64,000 bases of DNA. Source: an uncultured Clostridium sp. (lineage in GTDB: Bacteria > Bacillota > Clostridia > TANB77 > CAG-508). Location of the stretch: contig CANDIF010000001.1 in assembly GCA_947384775.1 (NCBI GenBank), positions 121,976 through 185,975 of the forward strand. Reading direction: 5' to 3'. This document shows, in pieces, positions 61,450 through 64,000 of this stretch. The notes beneath the pieces were generated by a model. That model saw nothing but the letters and a program-made list of their open reading frames with translations. It did not search any database and was not told where the DNA came from. A program made the position numbers and the translations under genes. Every line of letters begins with the position of its first letter. The first letter of the stretch is position 1.

Positions 61450-62313
61450 TTATAACCACTCTAGTATTTCTTTCGAAATATTTATATCTCCTCTGCCAAT
61501 TCCAATTTCTATATCTGGTTTTAGTTTTCCGTGGTAATCACTACCACCGCTAATATATAAACTGTTTGTCCTTGCATATTCTAGCAACATTTCTCTTTGC
61601 TGTTTGTTCGCAGATGGATGGAAACACTCTATTCCATCAAGTTTGGCTACACTTTTTAATTCATCTATAAATCCTAGTATATTTTCAAATTCATATTCGA
61701 TTGGATGTGCTAAAAAAGCCTTGCCTCCTGCTTTGTGTATAATGTCTATTACTTCTTTATATTCCGGTCTTCCTACTGGTTTTATAAAAAATGGGCTTTC
61801 GATGTTAGTTATACATTTTCTGTAAAAGACATCATAGCTTTTTGTTCCTTCTCCTATTTTATCATAATTTTCAGGATGTCTCATTGCCTCTGCATATACA
61901 AACTTCTCAATAAACTCTGTTGCTTTTTTTGGTTTTTCTATGTTTTTTTCTTCATATACAATTCCTTGTTTATCAAAAATATCTAGTAGTTTTTCATATC
62001 CTATTTTTTGTTTTTCAATTAATTTTTCCTCTGAATAATATTTTTCTAGCCATTTGCTCATTATATTTGTATCAATATTATATGCCAATATCTCAAATTT
62101 TTTATTTCCAAATACAGCCTGTAATTCAGATCCTTTAATAATATTTCCTGTAAATATTGTATTATTTTTTATGGCTTCATCTTCATATTGTTTGCATGAA
62201 TCATGGTCTGTTATTGAAATATATTCTAATTTTTTATCTTCACAGAGTTTTAATATTTCTGCTACTGTTTTATCTCCATCAGAATAAACAGTATGCATAT
62301 GTAAATCAATCAT
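61450..62313 (-). CDS. PHP-family metal-dependent phosphoesterase
   Basis: 287 aa; IDLHMHTVYSDG...ITDHD. Confidence 0.7.
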   Translation of the reverse strand: MIDLHMHTVYSDGDKTVAEILKLCEDKKLEYISITDHDSCKQYEDEAIKNNTIFTGNIIKGSELQAVFGNKKFEILAYNIDTNIMSKWLEKYYSEEKLIEKQKIGYEKLLDIFDKQGIVYEEKNIEKPKKATEFIEKFVYAEAMRHPENYDKIGEGTKSYDVFYRKCITNIESPFFIKPVGRPEYKEVIDIIHKAGGKAFLAHPIEYEFENILGFIDELKSVAKLDGIECFHPSANKQQREMLLEYARTNSLYISGGSDYHGKLKPDIEIGIGRGDINISKEILEWL

Positions 62314-62336
62314 TTTGTTTTTATCTCCTTTATTTA

Positions 62337-62855
62337 CTACTTTATAATACTATAATGTACTTGCACTATTCCTTCTTTTTCTTTTACAACTTTCTCAAGT
62401 TTTAATTTATTTTCGAAATATTTGCCTTCAAATAAAGGAATTCCTTTGTTTAATATATATGGATTATAGTTTAATATAATATTATCAACAATTCCTTTTT
62501 CCATAAATGCATTGTTTATTGTTGCCCCACCAGATATAAATATTTTTTTATAGTTTAACTGTTTGCACAAATTTAAACATTCTTCAACTGAAGTACAATA
62601 AGTAACGTTAGGTAATTCACTTTCATTATTATTGCGGCTTAGAATAATTATATTTGTATCCTTTAAATCTTCTATATATTCATTTCCCCATAACAATATA
62701 TTATCCCAAGTCTTTCTACCCCATATAAGCACATCATAGTCTTTTAAAAATTCTATCATTATTTCCCAGCCTCTGTAAGATAAAAAATCTTCATTTCCAT
62801 CTTCTGCTGCAATTATTCCATTTATAGAACACGCCATTTCAATTGTTATATTCAT
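62337..62855 (-). CDS. Dihydrofolate reductase-like (RibD C-terminal domain) family protein
   Basis: 172 aa; DHFR-like fold pattern. Confidence 0.65.
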   Translation of the reverse strand: MNITIEMACSINGIIAAEDGNEDFLSYRGWEIMIEFLKDYDVLIWGRKTWDNILLWGNEYIEDLKDTNIIILSRNNNESELPNVTYCTSVEECLNLCKQLNYKKIFISGGATINNAFMEKGIVDNIILNYNPYILNKGIPLFEGKYFENKLKLEKVVKEKEGIVQVHYSIIK

Positions 62856-62877
62856 ATTTTCCCTTTCTAAATAACTT

Positions 62878-63486
62878 TTAGTTATTTACTGTTGATTTAA
62901 TCTTTTCTATCATTTCTTTTTTGTTATCATCTGTATAATAGCCTTCAATTTTTCCTAGTAAACTGCCTTTGTTAAAAATAAGAAGTGCTGGTAGTTCTTT
63001 TATTTCATATTTTTCTTCTATTTCTTTTTTACTTTCTACTTTATAAAAGACAGTAGTATCTGGTAAGTCTTTTACTAATTCTTTAATTGGTATTGATTTT
63101 AATAAACATTGTATAGAATCATCATTATATAATTCAATTAGAACTATTTTATCTGTATCTATTTTTTGTTCTATTTCTTCCGCTTCTAGCATAAAGAATT
63201 CTGATAATGGTGCTGCTCCATATCTATCAACAAATAAGTCTTTTGTTTTTCTTGGGTCATTATCAATTTCTTCTTTTATCTTTTTATATTCATTTTCATC
63301 TTTTGCTACTCTTATTGCGCCAATAGGACATTCATTTTCACATTGTCCACAAGAAATACATTTGTTATTATCTATAACTAATGTTTCTTTTTCTTCATCA
63401 AATGTTATTGCACCAGTTGGGCATACTGCAACTCCTCCACATTCTTTTGCATTATCACAAATTTTTAAATTAATTAATACAGGCAT
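62878..63486 (-). CDS. 4Fe-4S dicluster ferredoxin fused to a thioredoxin-like domain
   Basis: 202 aa; CxxCxxCxxxCP ferredoxin motif plus thioredoxin-like C-terminal half. Confidence 0.6.
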   Translation of the reverse strand: MPVLINLKICDNAKECGGVAVCPTGAITFDEEKETLVIDNNKCISCGQCENECPIGAIRVAKDENEYKKIKEEIDNDPRKTKDLFVDRYGAAPLSEFFMLEAEEIEQKIDTDKIVLIELYNDDSIQCLLKSIPIKELVKDLPDTTVFYKVESKKEIEEKYEIKELPALLIFNKGSLLGKIEGYYTDDNKKEMIEKIKSTVNN

Positions 63487-63490
63487 ATTC

Positions 63491-64000
63491 TTATCCTCTC
63501 TTTCTTATCTGACTCACTATATTTATAATTCTTTTCACAAATGTTTCGACTTCTTCTTCAGTATTGTTTTTACTCAAACTTATTCTTATTGGACTATAAT
63601 TTTTCATATCTGCTCTGCATGCTGTTAATACATGTGAAGGCTCTGCTATTTCTGAATTACATGCTGAACCTGTTGAAACATATATATTAAACGCTTCTAA
63701 CATTAAAAGCAGTTCTTCTGCTTTAACACCTTTGAAAGCTATACTTGAAGTATTTGGTAGCCTATTATCTATGTCTCCATAAATAATAACATCTTCTATA
63801 TTGTCTTTTATTTCTTTTTCTAATTTATTTCTTAGATTTTCTATTTTTTTGTTACTTTCGTAATTATCTTCTATTATCAATTTTGCAGCTTTTCCTAGTC
63901 CTACTATATATGGAACATTCTCAGTTCCACCTCTTCTATTTTTTTCTTGATGTCCAAAAATTAGTGGAGTATATGGAATTCCCTCTTTAACATATAAAGC
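63491..64000 (-). CDS. Cysteine desulfurase (NifS/IscS family), C-terminal part; gene continues past the window end
   Basis: Reading frame stays open to position 64000 (…RRGGTENVPYIVGLGKAA… conserved IscS motif). C-terminal SGSACNS region with catalytic Cys. Confidence 0.85.
   Translation of the reverse strand, partial: ALYVKEGIPYTPLIFGHQEKNRRGGTENVPYIVGLGKAAKLIIEDNYESNKKIENLRNKLEKEIKDNIEDVIIYGDIDNRLPNTSSIAFKGVKAEELLLMLEAFNIYVSTGSACNSEIAEPSHVLTACRADMKNYSPIRISLSKNNTEEEVETFVKRIINIVSQIRKRG

Overview
This is an AT-rich (~28% GC) Firmicutes, Clostridia-like chromosomal segment, mostly minus-strand housekeeping genes. The identifiable genes are ligA, pgsA, serS, engB, clpB, a plsC-family acyltransferase and a diacylglycerol glycosyltransferase, truA, cdaA, gmk, rpoZ, yicC, rsmE, a dGTPase-like HD protein, the hrcA-grpE-dnaK-dnaJ operon with CIRCE operators, tyrS, murC, an OmpR-type two-component pair, RNase P RNA (rnpB), nadE, xpt, ispF-ispE-ispD, dxr, zupT, def, and a partial cysteine desulfurase at the window edge. 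Around 25.4-34.3 kb lies an accessory locus. It contains a 2061-aa Sec-signal RHS/YD-repeat (WapA-like) polymorphic toxin with a C-terminal toxin domain that I cannot assign to a family, a putative immunity gene, and an orphan fragment carrying the RHS swap-junction sequence. Three clusters of a GC-rich REP-like repeat (CCCCGTCCC/GGGACGGGG palindrome plus 10-bp TTCTGACACC iterons) sit in the same region, and a REP-associated IS200-like tyrosine transposase (RAYT) is interrupted by an in-frame TAA. One REP copy supplies the start codon of the orphan fragment. There are several small islets of higher GC (a secreted protein flanked by ~20-bp inverted repeats, a 4-TM membrane protein, zupT), each ending in a GC-rich hairpin. 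I also see a ~110-nt GC-rich multi-hairpin element between dnaK and dnaJ. A histidine kinase and a threonine aldolase each carry an apparent +1 frameshift in the same local sequence context (C before GGAC). No CRISPR array, prophage, T-box or purine riboswitch is visible.
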